A DNA stretch of 64,000 nt from Octopus vulgaris (GCA_951406725.2 OX597821.1:111290001-111354000); one strand, 5' to 3'; positions 37,207 through 51,618 are shown, numbered from the stretch's first letter. The notes: generated by a model from the letters alone, not told the origin. Numbers and translations: made by a program.

Positions 37207-40200
37207 TAACAAGTCTGCTTAAGAACGAGGCAGCTTTCATACGTAGTCATTCGATGTGCTAAAGATAGCAGCCAAATTCTTCAGCTCACACGTAAACGTC
37301 TGATTTCTAACGAGTCTGCTTACGAACGAGGCAGGTTTTACACGCAGTCATTTGATGTGCTAAAGATAGCAGCAAAATCCTTCTGCTCACACGTAAACGT
37401 CTGATTTCTAACGAGTCTGCTTACGAACGAGGCAGGTTTTACACGTAATCATTTGATGTGCTAAAGATAGCAGCCAAATTCTTCAGCTCACACGTAAACG
37501 TCTGATTTCTAACGAGTCTGCTTACGAACGAGGCAGGTTTTACACGCAGTCATTTGATGTGCTAAAGATAGCAGCAAAATCCTTCTGCTCACACGTAAAC
37601 GTCTGATTTCTAACGAGTCTGCTTACGAACGAGGCAGGTTTTACACGCAGTCATTTGATGTGCTAAAGATAGCAGCCAAATTCTTCAGCTCACACGTAAA
37701 CGTCTGATTTCTAACGAGTCTGCTTACGAACGAGGCAGGTTTTACACGTAATCATTTGATGTGCTAAAGATAGCAGCCAAATTCTTCAGCTCACACGTAA
37801 ACGTCTGATTTCTAACGAGTCTGCTTACGAACGAGGCAGGTTTTACACGCAATCATTTGATGTGCTAAAGATAGCAGCAAAATCCTTCTGCTCACACGTA
37901 AACGTCTGATTTCTAACGAGTCTGCTTACGAACGAGGCAGGTTTTACACGCAGTCATTTGATGTGCTAAAGATAGCAGCCAAATCCTTCTGCTCACACGT
38001 AAACGTCTGATTTCTAACGAATCTGCTTACGAACGAGGCAGGTTTTACACGCAGTCATTTGATGTGCTAAAGATAGCAGCCAAATCCTTCTGCTCACACG
38101 TAAACGTCTGATTTCTAACGAGTCTGCTTACGAACGAGGCAGGTTTTACACGTAATCATTTGATGTGCTAAAGATAGCAGCCAAATTCTTCAGCTCACAC
38201 GTAAACGTCTGATTTCTAACGAGTCTGCTTACGAACGAGGCAGGTTTTACACGCAATCATTTGATGTGCTAAAGATAGCAGCAAAATCCTTCTGCTCACA
38301 CGTAAACGTCTGATTTCTAACGAGTCTGCTTACGAACGAGGCAGGTTTTACACGCAGTCATTTGATGTGCTAAAGATAGCAGCAAAATCCTTCTGCTCAC
38401 ACGTAAACGTCTGATTTCTAACGAGTCTGCTTACGAACGAGGCAGGTTTTACACGCAGTCATTTGATGTGCTAAAGATAGCAGCCAAATTCTTCAGCTCA
38501 CACGTAAACGTCTGATTTCTAACGAGTCTGCTTACGAACGAGGCAGGTTTTACACGCAATCATTTGATGTGCTAAAGATAGCAGCAAATCCTTCTGCTCA
38601 CACGTAAACGTCTGATTTCTAACGAGTCTGCTTACGAACGAGGCAGGTTTTACACGCAATCATTCGATGTGCTAAAGATAGCAGCCAAATTCTTCAGCTC
38701 ACACGTAAACGTCTGATTTCTAACGAGTCTGCTTACGAACGAGGCAGGTTTTACACGCAATCATTCGATGTGCTAAAGATAGCAGCCAAATTCTTCAGCT
38801 CACACGTAAACGTCTGATTTCTAACGAGTCTGCTTACGAACGAGGCAGGTTTTACACGCAATCATTCGATGTGCTAAAGATAGCAGCAAAATCCTTCTGC
38901 TCACACGTAAACGTCTGATTTCTAACGAGTTGCTTACGAACGAGGCAGGTTTTACACGCAATCATTCGATGTGCTAAAGATAGCAGCCAAATTCTTCAGC
39001 TCACACGTAAACGTCTGATTTCTAACGAGTCTGCTTACGAACGAGGCAGGTTTTACACGCAATCATTCGATGTGCTAAAGATAGCAGCCAAATTCTTCAG
39101 CTCACACGTAAACGTCTGATTTCTAACGAGTCTGCTTACGAACGAGGCAGGTTTTACTCATTCGATGTGCTAAAGATAGCAGCAAAATTCTTCAGCTCAC
39201 ACGTAAACGTCTGATTTCTAACGAGTCTGCTTACGAACGAGGCAGGTTTTACACGCAGTCATTTGATGTGCTAAAGATAGCAGCAAAATCCTTCTGCTCA
39301 CACGTAAACGTCTGATTTCTAACGAGTCTGCTTACGAACGAGGCAGGTTTTACACGCAATCATTCGATGTGCTAAAGATAGCAGCCAAATTCTTCAGCTC
39401 ACACGTAAACGTCTGATTTCTAACGAGTCTGCTTACGAACGAGGCAGGTTTTACACGCAATCATTCGATGTGCTAAAGATAGCAGCCAAATTCTTCAGCT
39501 CACACGTAAACGTCTGATTTCTAACGAGTCTGCTTACGAACGAGGCAGGTTTTACACGCAATCATTCGATGTGCTAAAGATAGCAGCAAAATCCTTCTGC
39601 TCACACGTAAACGTCTGATTTCTAACGAGTTTGCTTACGAACGAGGCAGGTTTTACACGCAATCATTCGATGTGCTAAAGATAGCAGCCAAATTCTTCAG
39701 CTCACACGTAAACGTCTGATTTCTAACGAGTCTGCTTACGAACGAGGCAGGTTTTACACGCAATCATTCGATGTGCTAAAGATAGCAGCCAAATTCTTCA
39801 GCTCACACGTAAACGTCTGATTTCTAACGAGTCTGCTTACGAACGAGGCAGGTTTTACACGTAATCATTTGATGTGCTAAAGATAGCAGCCAAATTCTTC
39901 AGCTCACACGTAAACGTCTGATTTCTAACGAGTTTGCTTACGAACGAGGCAGGTTTTACACGTAATCATTTGATGTGCTAAAGATAGCAGCCAAATTCTT
40001 CAGCTCACACGTAAACGTCTGATTTCTAACGAGTTTGCTTACGAACGAGGCAGGTTTTACGCGCAGTCATTCGATGTGCTAAAGATAGCAGCCAAATTCT
40101 TCAGCTCACACGTAAACGTCTGATTTCTAACGAGTCTGCTTACGAACGAGGCAGGTTTTACACGCAATCATTCGATGTGCTAAAGATAGCAGCAAAATTC

Positions 40201-40857
40201 TTCAGCTCACACGTAAACGTCTGATTTCTAACGAGTCTGCTTACGAACGAGGCAGGTTTTACACGCAATCATTCGATGTGCTAAAGATAGCAGCAAAATT
40301 CTTCAGCTCACACGTAAACGTCTGATTTCTAACGAGTCTGCTTACGAACGAGGCAGGTTTTACACGCAATCATTCGATGTGCTAAAGATAGCAGCCAAAT
40401 TCTTCAGCTCACACGTAAACGTCTGATTTCTAACGAGTCTGCTTACGAACGAGGCAGGTTTTACACGCAATCATTCGATGTGCTAAAGATAGCAGCCAAA
40501 TTCTTCAGCTCACACGTAAACGTCTGATTTCTAACGAGTCTGCTTACGAACGATGCAGGTTTTACACGCAATCATTCGATGTGCTAAAGATAGCAGCCAA
40601 ATTCTTCAGCTCACACGTAAACGTCTGATTTCTAAAGAATCTGCTTACGAACGAGGCAGGTTTTACACGCAGTCATTTGACGTGCTAAAGATAGCAGCAA
40701 AATCCTTCTGCTCACACGTAAACGTCTTACAAGAAAGAGGGACTGCAGATAAATGTTTTCTAACGAGTCTGCTTACGAACGAAGCTGCTTTTACACGCAG
40801 TCACTCGGTATGCTAGAGACAGCAGCCAAGTCCTTCAGCTCACACGTAGACGTCCTA
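37207..40857. repeat. 101-bp satellite array, ~36 monomers
   Basis: tacgaacgag recurs at 37321, 37422, 37523 and onward; degenerate terminal units. Confidence 0.97.
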
Positions 40858-42043
40858 CAAAAAATAAAAATAAAAAAAATGGAAAAGACAGGAAGGAAGA
40901 AGGAAGCGAGAAAGAAAAAGGGAAAGAAAGAAAGAGGGATACGTATTGGATATGTTCAGTAAAAGGTTGTGACAGGAACGCATCCGACTGATGAAAGTTG
41001 ATTGTAGTTCACAACAACAATAGCAACAAGTCTTGGGAAAATCTGAGACGGTAGATAGAATAATTTATGCTTATATAATTGATGTAATTCCACTTTTATA
41101 CATTATCTACAAAAAATTGATCTACAGAATCTTGTTTCTATAAAATGTCTATTAAAAAAATGGTCTCTTTCTTTACTACCCACAAGGGGCTAAACACAGA
41201 GAGGACGAACAAGGACAGACAAACGGATTAAGTCGATTATATCGACTCCAGTGCGTAACTGGTACTTTATTTATCGACCCCGTAAGGATGAAAGGCAAAG
41301 TCGACCTCGGCGGAATTTGAACTCAGAACGTAACGACAGACGAAATACCGCTAAGCTATTCGCCCGGCGTGCTAACCTTTCTGCCAGCTCGCCGCCTCAT
41401 GGTCTATAAAATACCTCTTGAGTTTACAGCAGGGAGGCAAATGCTGTTTAATATCTCAAAAAGGACAATGCTGCGAGCTAGCAGAATCGTTAGCACGCAA
41501 GGAAAAATGCTTAGCAGCATTTTAGTCCGTATATATGCTCTGAGTTCAAATTCCGCTAAGGTCGACTTTGCCTTTCAACTTTTCGGAGTCACTAAAACAA
41601 ATACCAGTTGAGCACTGGGATCAATGCAATCGATTTACTCCTCCCCCAAAACTGCTGGCTTTGTGGAAAAATTTGAAATCAATACTTCAAAAAGGATTAC
41701 CGAAGCTTTGACTTTAAAATGTGAAGATTCTCTGCAAAGCACAAGCTGCAAAAAATAAATGGAAATAAAAGCGTTGTTGTTGTTAACACCTGATCAGTTT
41801 TGATGTGACAGATCGAGGGTATCCAGGTGCAAACAGGTGAGTCATTAGACGCGACGTTCAATTTCTAATATATCTAGCTTTTGCTTTGTATCCGCCAACA
41901 AGCAATTTTCATTATCGTAAGAGGTTGTGGTGTGGTCCTTCTGGTTCTCTCCTCTCTGAGTTCAAATCTAAACGTGGTCTGTTTTGCTTTTCATCCTTCT
42001 GGAGCCGATCGAATAAAGTAGCAGTCCAGTGCAGAGTAGATAT

Positions 42044-42405
<362 letters not shown>

Positions 42406-42735
42406 CTAGTGAGAGAAATATGCACAAATGGAGCGAGTGAGAGAAAGAGAGGGTGGGAAAGTGAGTGAGAGAGAGAGATTACAGTTTATTAAATTAAACA
42501 ACGATTGACATATCGTTTTCCCTCTCCTCATGAGCATATAGAAAAATATGCTTACACACATAAACAGTAAGAGAAGAATGTATATAGGCGCAGGCGTGGC
42601 TGTGTGGTAAGAACCAAATGGTTTTGGGTTCAGTCCCACTGCGTGGCACCTTGGGCAAGTGTCTTCTACTATAGCCTCGGGCCGACCAAAGCCTTCTTAG
42701 TGGATTTGGTAGACGGAAACAGAAAGAAGCCCGTC

Positions 42736-42774
<39 letters not shown>

Positions 42775-43281
42775 CATGTGTGTCTTTGTGTCTGTGTATG
42801 TTCCCTCATCACCACTTGACAACCGGTGCTGGTGTGTTAACGTCCTCGTAGCTTAGCGGTTGGTAAAAGAGACAGATGGAATAAGTACTAGGCTTAAAAA
42901 TAAATTCTGGGGTCGATTTGTTCGACAAAAGAGCTCGTCAAGGTGGTGCTCCAGCATGGCCGCAGTCAAATGACAGAAACAAGTAAATGAATAAAGAATA
43001 ACACAAACACAGATATGTACATAGAGAAATATAGAAAGAGTGAGGGAGAGAGAAAGTGGGGGAGAGAAGGAGAGAGAGAGGGGGAGAGAAAGAGAGGGAG
43101 AGAGGGCGGGAGGAAGAGAGGAAGAGATTGAGAGGGGGCAGAGAGAAGGAGAGAAAGAGGGAGAGAATGAGAAAGAGAGAGTGAGAGAGAAAGAAAGAAA
43201 GAAGGATAGATAGATAGAGCTAGAAAGAGAGAGGGGAGAGACAGAAAGAGAGAGAGAAAGAAAGGGAGAGAGAGAAAGAGA

Positions 43282-43317
<36 letters not shown>

Positions 43318-44558
43318 ATATTAAAATATTAAAACATTCGACGTCGAACAATATAGCATGGAATCAGTGACGCCAAAAAAGGTGGCGCCAGAATGGCTGT
43401 GCCAAATCGTCTCCTACTCATACTTATTATTTCTGGATTCAAAGCTCACAATCTCATCGGAATCAGCATTGCCTTTTCTTACCAACACAGGATCAATAAA
43501 AATTAGCAATCGTAATACATAGAGGTTTTGTCCAATCGATTATATCGTCTGTAACAGAAAAGCCAAAAGGCCGTGTGTTTGGACAAATGAAAGAAATATT
43601 AACTTAACCAATGAAGTTTCTTTCTTTTGTTGATGTTGTTGTTGTTGTTGTTGTAAGTCTCACAAAGACATCAAAGCTTGTCGATGGCTGTGTCATTATG
43701 AATGTCATTATTAATAAATATTTACAAGGCGGCGAGTTGGCAGAATCGTTAGCACGCCGGGCGAAATGCGTAGCCGTATTTCGTCTGCCGCTACGTTGTG
43801 AGTTCAAGTTCCGCTGAGGTCGACTTTGCCTTTCATCCTTTCGGGGTCGATTAAATAAGTACCAGTTACACACTGGGGTCGATATAATCGACTTAATCCG
43901 TTTGTCTGTCCTTGTTTGTCCTCTCTGTTTAACCCCTTGTGGGTAGTAAAGAAATAGGTATTTCGTCCGTCTTTACGTTCTGAGTTCAAATTCCGCCGAG
44001 GACGACTTGACTTTTCATCGTTTCGGGGTGAATAAATCAAGTACCAGTTACACACTGGAGTCGATCTAATCGGCTGTCCCCCTCCCCACAAAATCCAGGC
44101 CTTGTGTCTATAGTAGAAAGGATTATTAATAAATATTTACATTTTTGCTCTAAAAGAAAGATAACGCACGAACAATCTTCGTCCGCTTAAAAGAACAGCC
44201 AGTTATCCGCACAACAGAACAGCCAAATTGAAAAGTCCGTGACAGCTTCAGCAGCAGTAACAACCATGGCAACAACAGCAGCAGCAACGATGTATATGTA
44301 TGTGTATGTAAGTGTGTGCGCTTTGTGTTTGTCCCTCAACACCGCTTGACATCCGGTGCTGGTGTGTTTATGTCCCCGTCACTTAGCGGTTCGGCAAAGA
44401 CAACCCGATAGAATAACTACCAGGCTTAAAAAAAAACAAAGCAAAATATGTACTGGGGTAGATTCATTCGACTAAAACGTCTTCAAGACGGTGCTCCAGC
44501 ATGGCCGCAGTCTAATTACTGAAGCAAGTAAAAGATAACAAGGCAAGATAGACGAGTA

Positions 44559-45390
44559 TTCTCTTCTACTCTAGGCACAAGGCCCGAAATTTTGGGGAAG
44601 GGTCCAGTCGATTAGATCGACCCCAGTATGCAAATGGTATTTTAATTTATCGACCCCGAAACGATGAAAGGCAAAGTCGACCTCAGCGGAATTTGAACTC
44701 GGGACGTAAAGACAGACGAAATACCTATTTCTTTACCACCCACAAGGGGCTAAACACACAGAGGACAAACAAGGACTGACAAACGGATTAAGTCGATTAT
44801 ATCGATCCCAGTGCGTAACTGGTCCTTAATTTATCGAGCCCGAAAGGATGAAAGGGTAAGTCGACCCCGGCGGAATTTGAACTCAGAACGTAGCGGCAGA
44901 CGAAATACCGCTAAACATTTCGCCCGGCGTGCTAATGTTTCTGTTTCTTTATTGTCCACAAGGGGCTACACACAGAGGGAACAAACAAGGACAGACAAAC
45001 GGATTAAGCCGATTATATCAACCCCGGTGCATAACTGGTACTTAATTTATCGACTCCTAAATGATGAAAGGCAAAGTCGACCTCAGCAGAATTTGAACTC
45101 AGAACGTAACGGCAGACGAAATACCGCTAAGCATTTCGCCCGGCGTGTTAACGTTTCTTATTTCATTATTGTCCACAAGGGGCTAAACATAGAGGGGACA
45201 ATCAGGAACATACAAAGGGATTAAGCTGATTGCATCGACCCCAGTGTGTAACTGGTACTTATTTAATCGACCTCGAAAGGATGAAAGGCAAAGTCGACTT
45301 CGGCGGAATTTGAACTCAGAAACGTAACGGCAGACGAAATACCGCTAGGCATTTCGCCCAGCGCACTAACGTTTCTGCCAGCTCGCCGTC
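44559..45390 (-). mobile_element. Head-to-tail multimer of the 230-bp SINE (also 43728-44128 on +, 61085-61998 on -)
   Basis: Four successive copies of gaaaggatgaaaggcaaagtcgacctcggcggaatttgaactc. Confidence 0.85.
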
Positions 45391-46576
45391 TCAGATAGTT
45401 GAGTATTAAATGTGCAGAAGGTGAGCAGAAGACTAGCACCGATGAAAACGTTTTCCGTAGACAGCGACAAGAGTTGTTGAAGCGGCAAAGGAGCTAGACA
45501 CAACGCTTTAAGGCATGCAGTTACTACTCTTTACGTTCTGAGTTCAAATCCTGCTAGAATCAATAAAATGCACATCAGTTATATGCTTTAAATTAGACAC
45601 AGCTATTTTCTCTCCCCACCCCACCGTGCTAATTCTTTTTTTCTTATTTGGTTTCAAATTCAATAACGAATAAGTACTGTCTATATCAATCTATTTCCTT
45701 TTGTCCAAACTAATACAATATTTTCTAATGTATGGTATAACAATTCGGACAAAACAGATTTATTTTCGACTTATTGATATAATGTAAACTTTCCAATACT
45801 TTTTCTAAAGAAATAACAGTGCTTCTTATCAAATGTGAAGACAGCCTGGCACCGTATCGTGTGGAAACATATTCGGAGGTAGACCGATTCCACGACGACG
45901 CAGTTTCAATTTCAGTTTGGTGCCGTTTTTTTTCTTCTGATGTATGTGTACTTTTGGAACGCAATGAACTTCGTAACACCGCATATGATGTTAATAAACC
46001 GACTGTTGTTGCTTAGCACCGCGTTCTAGCCATGACCATATCGTTATATTTTCAAGAATAGTGTATCTCGGGCGAATTAGCAGAAACATCAGAGTATTGG
46101 TGAGAATGCCACGTGCTCTAGGTTCAAATTTCGCCAAAGTGAACTTTACTTATACTTTCGAGGTAGATAAAAGCCCAACGAAAAAAAAACTCCCCAAAAC
46201 CCCAAAAAACTGTCAAGTTCCAAGGTGAGGGATTCATAGATTTACTAGAAAGACGCTTTGCGGTGATATGTTCCGGGTCTTTTGCGTTTTCACAGCACCG
46301 CTTGCAACGTCATCTGGCGCTAGGTTGTACCGAGCCCCTTGTAGCGGTGGCCCCTTGCATAAACATCAGTGATGAGAAGAGGGGAAAATGAAAGTGCATA
46401 GCGTACGTGAGAAAATACCGGGCGTAACTGTGTGGTAAGAAGCTTGCTGCCCAACCACATGGTTCCGGGTTCAGTCCCACTGCGTGGTACCTTTGGTAAG
46501 TGTCTTCTACTATAGCCTTGGGCCGACCAAAGCCTTGTGAGTGGATTTGGTAGACAAAACCTGAAAGAAGCCTGTC

Positions 46577-46626
<50 letters not shown>

Positions 46627-46864
46627 CTATGTGTGTATCTGTGTTTGTACCCCACTACCGTTTGACAAACGGTGTTGGTGTGTTTACGTCGCCGTAACTT
46701 AGCGGTTCGGCAAAAGAGAACCGAAAGAATAAGTACCGAGCTTAAAAAAGTGAATCCTGGGGGTAGATTTATTCGATTAAAACCTTTCAGGGCGGTGCCC
46801 CGTCATGGCCGTAATCACATGACTGAAACAAGTAAAGGATAAAAGATTATATATATATATATAT

Positions 46865-47550
46865 GAAAGGAGGAAAGATGCTGGAGAATCAGTAAACACC
46901 ACGTGGCTATATATAAAAAGTGGAAGAGAAATACCTTCGTTTCACATAGTTTAATATCTTTTTATAAAGAAATTTTATATATATATATATTATAGATGTC
47001 GTGATATCTAACCGGTTTTCGCTATTTAAATTAGCTTTTGAAGGGTTATTGTGAAGTAATCATTTCTTGTGAAACAGAAGTCTTGCCACTTTGGTTACTT
47101 GAAAAGTAAGAATGAGTCTAGAGAGTGGACAAAGGGAAGCAATAAGTGGCAAGGGGGACAACTAACTCCTCAGTATAATTCTTGAAATAGAAATGTATAA
47201 GGATCAAGTAGTCCAATTTGTATATCAAGGTGTGGTCTGTACTTTTATATGAACAGGTTTTGTTTAGGCGTTCTTGTAAGAAGATTGAATCTTTGCATTG
47301 GTCTAATGGAAAGATATGGAAATTCGGCATTTTATTTCTTGCGCATCTATCGATATGTTCGCCCAGGGCTATCTGCCTGTATTGAGGAAAACGAATCTGT
47401 TCTTTATGCAGCACAACTCTGCGTCTCAAAGTAAGGCTCGTTTGGCCCACATAATAGTGGCCACAATCTGAGGAGGTTAGGACATAGATAAGGTTCCTGG
47501 AAGCACATGTGAAGTTGGTCTTTCGTCACACGATCTGTGACCTCTTCAAC
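46865..47550 (-). mobile_element. Penelope-like element 3' fragment with GIY-YIG endonuclease relic
   Basis: From 47522 downward: KTNFTCASRNLIYVLTSSDCGHYYVGQTSLTLRRRVVLHKEQIRFPQYRQIALGEHIDRCA..FHIFP, then frameshifted FI*KYRPHLD; downstream decayed hammerhead (gaaa accggt ta) and (TA)n. Confidence 0.8.
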
Positions 47551-47940
47551 AACTCTACATCACACGTGTCTCCCCCTGTTCTGTGTAGTTCATCGCTCTC
47601 TCTCCATCCATCCGTTCATCCATCCATCCATCCAGCCATCGCTGTCTGTCTGTCTGTCTATCTTCTCTCTGTCTATCTATTTATGTATCTATGTATCTAT
47701 GTATCTGTCTATCTGTTTGTCTGTCCGTCCGTTCATCCATCCATCCATCCTTCCATCCATCCATCTACTCATCCGTCCGTCCGTCTGTCTGTCTGCTGTC
47801 CGTCCGTTCGTCCGTCCATCCATCCGTGTGTCTGTCTATCTATCTATCTGTTTGTCTGTCTGTCCATCCATCAGTCCGTCCGTCTGTCTGTCTGCTTTCC
47901 GTTCGTCTGTCTGTCCTTCCGTCCGTCCGTCCGTCCGTCC

Positions 47941-48029
<89 letters not shown>

Positions 48030-49054
48030 AAGAGTAGTATATAGCTTGAGAGGCAGTTGGCTACTTTTTCTTGTAGATCAAACTACCACAGAGTCTTCTC
48101 AGTGGAGCAATCTCAAAAAGTCTGACCGATTAAGATAACCGAATTCAATACAATGGAAATACTTTACACCCCTTCTCCTCCTCCTCCTCCTCCTCCTGCT
48201 GTCTGTGCGTTCACATGTGGGTGCTATGTGTGTGCATATGTGTGTGTGTGTGTGTGATTGTGTACATGTATGTGGTTGTGTTTTTGCATAATGTATCTAT
48301 GTGTGTGTGACAGACTGATTACTAAATGAGTGTAAAACAATATCGTGAGGAAGAGAGTGTGAGAGAGAGTGTGTGAGAGAGAGTGAGAGAGAGTGTGAGA
48401 GAGAGAGTGTGAGAGAGAGAGAGTGAGAGAGAGAGTGAGAGAGAGAGAGAGTGAGAGAGGAGGGGAGAGAGAGCGGGAAGGGAGTTCTTTGTATGGCAAC
48501 GAAGGACGCATGCTTTTTGTGTGTGTTATCTCAGAAATAATCAGAAAAAAACCCCTCGGGAGACGAGGATTCCGCGGAAAGTAAAGGACGCACTCGGTCC
48601 TGATTCTGCTATTAAGTGCTCCCACCGTAACCCTGGATTTTATGCCAATACTGGCCCTAATAAATCATCTCAGGACGAACAAAGAGCAGAGTTGTTATTC
48701 TGGCCATCTTCAGAGATATAAAGGACCAGTGTGTATGCGTGTTAATTGCTTTAACAACAATGTATGTACACCTATTCTTTTATTCGTTTCAGTCAGTTGA
48801 CTGCGGCCAAGCTGGAGCACCGCCTTTAGTTGAACAAATCGACAACCATATATATATATAGATGATAGATCGTGAGCCACTACACAGATTTTTCTCTCTC
48901 CTTGTTTCTCCCCTTGTTTTTTGTGTGTCCTTTTCTGTAGAAGAGCGTAGGCTCGAAACATAAAAGGTTTTTTCTATTCCTGAGCGTTATACTAATACAT
49001 CTGTTTGTTTTGTACACCACCTGTCTTCGTCTTTTTTTTTTTCGTAAACTTTCC

Positions 49055-49135
<81 letters not shown>

Positions 49136-49144
49136 GTGTGTGTG

Positions 49145-49584
49145 TGATTGTGATGCAACCATATGTGCGCGTCATATAATAAGATAAACAGCGAATGACT
49201 TGTTGGGGCCCAGTTAAAATTTTCTTCTGGTCAAGTAACCCATCCCGCTCAAAAGGTCCCTGAATAAGGGTTTTTTAAAGATGTTGAACGAAACACGCAT
49301 GTTTCCAGAGGTGAATTATTCAAACCCCAAAGAATCCCTCTCAACACATGGCTATGATGCTCCCCCACTACTTCTGCACGTGGTCAGAGATACTCATATC
49401 GTCAGCCACTAAGGGACATGCTCAACTGGTTAAGGTCAAACAACTAACAAGCAAATCTGTGGTATTGAGCAGAATATTTGCTTTGGCCCATCTTTTATAC
49501 GAAGACTAAACAATGTACATGATAACACTTCCAATCAGTTAAGATCTGAACCATGAGAGCGAGTGCCTGGTATTGCATCAGGGC

Positions 49585-49590
<6 letters not shown>
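49145..49590 (+). mobile_element. Dispersed repeat with (ATT)n tail; longer minus-strand copy at 62738-63297 embedded in (AAT)n
   Basis: Reverse-complement identity between the two loci (e.g. catatcgtcagccactaagggaca / tgtcccttagtggctgacgatatg). Confidence 0.8.
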
Positions 49591-49647
<57 letters not shown>

Positions 49648-49659
49648 CATCATCATCAT

Positions 49660-49788
<129 letters not shown>

Positions 49789-50857
49789 TTATATATATAT
49801 GTATATATGACGGGCTTCTTTCAGTTTCCTTGGTCTGCCCAAGGCTATAGTAGAAGCCACTTGGCCAAGGTGCCACGCAGTGGGACTGAACCCGAGTCAA
49901 TGTGGTTCGGAAGCAAGCTTACCACACAGCCACGCCTGCGCTTATCCAATATTCTTTCAAAGGAATAACGATAAGAACACTACGGTCTTTTAACAAAGCA
50001 TGCAACATCTTAATTAGGTGGAAGTTTGTGTGTAATTAATTTAGTTTGTATTTTAAGGTAGCTTTATTCAGTTGCAATTAAATCGAGCGGCTGGGCAAAG
50101 AGTTCGGTGCTTGAGTTGTTGCCAAACACGTTCGGAGAAACCAATCACATAGAAAATTCCAGTCTTTGGAACTCAATGAATACCGTTGTCTACATTGGAA
50201 ACTGCAAAGATGACTGCGTAGAATCTGGGTTATCTGGATGAGAACAGAGAAGGAGGAGGAGGATGAGGCAGAGGAGACGAATTTGAAGAACACGGAGAAG
50301 AAGAAGATGATGATGATGATGATGATGATGATGTTGGAGAAGGAGGAGGGGAAGGAGGAGAAGGAGGTAGAGAAGAAGATGATGAGGAGGATGAAAGAGA
50401 AGGAAAAGGAGAAGATGATGAGGAGGATGAAGAGCATGAAGCGGACGCGGATAAGTTGAGGAGGAGAAGAAAGAGGAGAAGAAAGAGGAGAAGAAAGAGG
50501 AGAAGAGGAAGGAGGAGAAGAGGAAGGAGGAGAAGAGGAAGGAAGAGAAAAGGAAGAGAAGAAGAAGAAGAAGAAGAAAAAGAAGAAGAAGAAGAAAAGA
50601 AGAAGAAAAGAAGAAGAAAAGAAGAAGAAGAAGTCGAAAAATCATATCTATTGATTTCTAACATTAGCACAAAGGCCTCGAATTTATCGATCACTTTCTA
50701 GTAATGACATAGATGTCGTAACAAGACAGGTGCGTTGCAGAAACAATAGAGAAATAGTTACCTGTGTACCATACTCAACGTATATACACTATCAAAAGGC
50801 AAGATGCTGTATTTTTTATCGGAGCCAGATGGGAATGCATATATATATATATGTATG

Positions 50858-50916
<59 letters not shown>

Positions 50917-50917
50917 G

Positions 50918-50993
<76 letters not shown>

Positions 50994-50998
<5 letters not shown>

Positions 50999-51070
50999 GC
51001 TAAAAACCACTATGTGGACAGCCATATACTAGAAATAGATGGCTGTCCACATAGTGGTTTTTAGCCCTTA
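50994..51070. repeat. Perfect 32-bp-stem hairpin
   Basis: taagggctaaaaaccactatgtggacagccat - 13 nt - atggctgtccacatagtggtttttagccctta. Confidence 0.92.
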
Positions 51071-51177
51071 AAATATACACATGTATTAGAATTTTCTCTG
51101 ATTTTTCTGATTTTTGTATGCTAGGCTACTGGTTTTAAATTGATATTAATTAAATTAATATTCAATTTATCTCCCTC

Positions 51178-51254
<77 letters not shown>

Positions 51255-51262
<8 letters not shown>

Positions 51263-51618
51263 TTAGAGATAAAACCACTATTAGGCAAATCATACAATGA
51301 AAAACTGAAGCCAATACATAAGATTATTTAATTTATATTATTTAAATATATAACAAAATTATAAAAAAAATATGATTAATATAACACTACGATCGTTTCA
51401 TGGCTGTTAATTTCTTTAAATTTTCGAGTTACAGTCATTCATCAGGTGGTTTAAATATTTAACTTGGCGAGGAAACGATCGTAGTGTTACATTAATTATA
51501 TTTTTTTTAATAATTTTGTTATATATTTAAATAGTATAAATTAAATAAGCTTATGTATTGGCTTAAGTTTTTCATTGTATGATTTGCCTAATAGTGGTTT
51601 TATCTCTAATTTAATATA
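51255..51618 (-). mobile_element. Inverted-repeat Penelope-LTR-like element containing a hammerhead (51385-51448)
   Basis: ~140-bp inverted arms; minus strand CAC CUGAUGA AUGACUGU..ACAGCCAU GAAA CGAUCG UA GUG. Confidence 0.7.

Noticed and set aside
37207-40857. CRISPR array or hammerhead satellite
   Set aside because: No unique spacers and eukaryotic context. The minus strand has CUGAAGA plus a hairpin, but it is followed by GACU/GAUU rather than GAAA and has no stem I closure
45725-46016. Non-repetitive island with short ORFs on both strands (also 48521-48721)
   Set aside because: No recognisable motif or convincing splice-site pair
50190-50701. Acidic, Arg-rich and Ser-rich ORFs
   Set aside because: Translations of (GAA/GAG/GAT)n simple repeats
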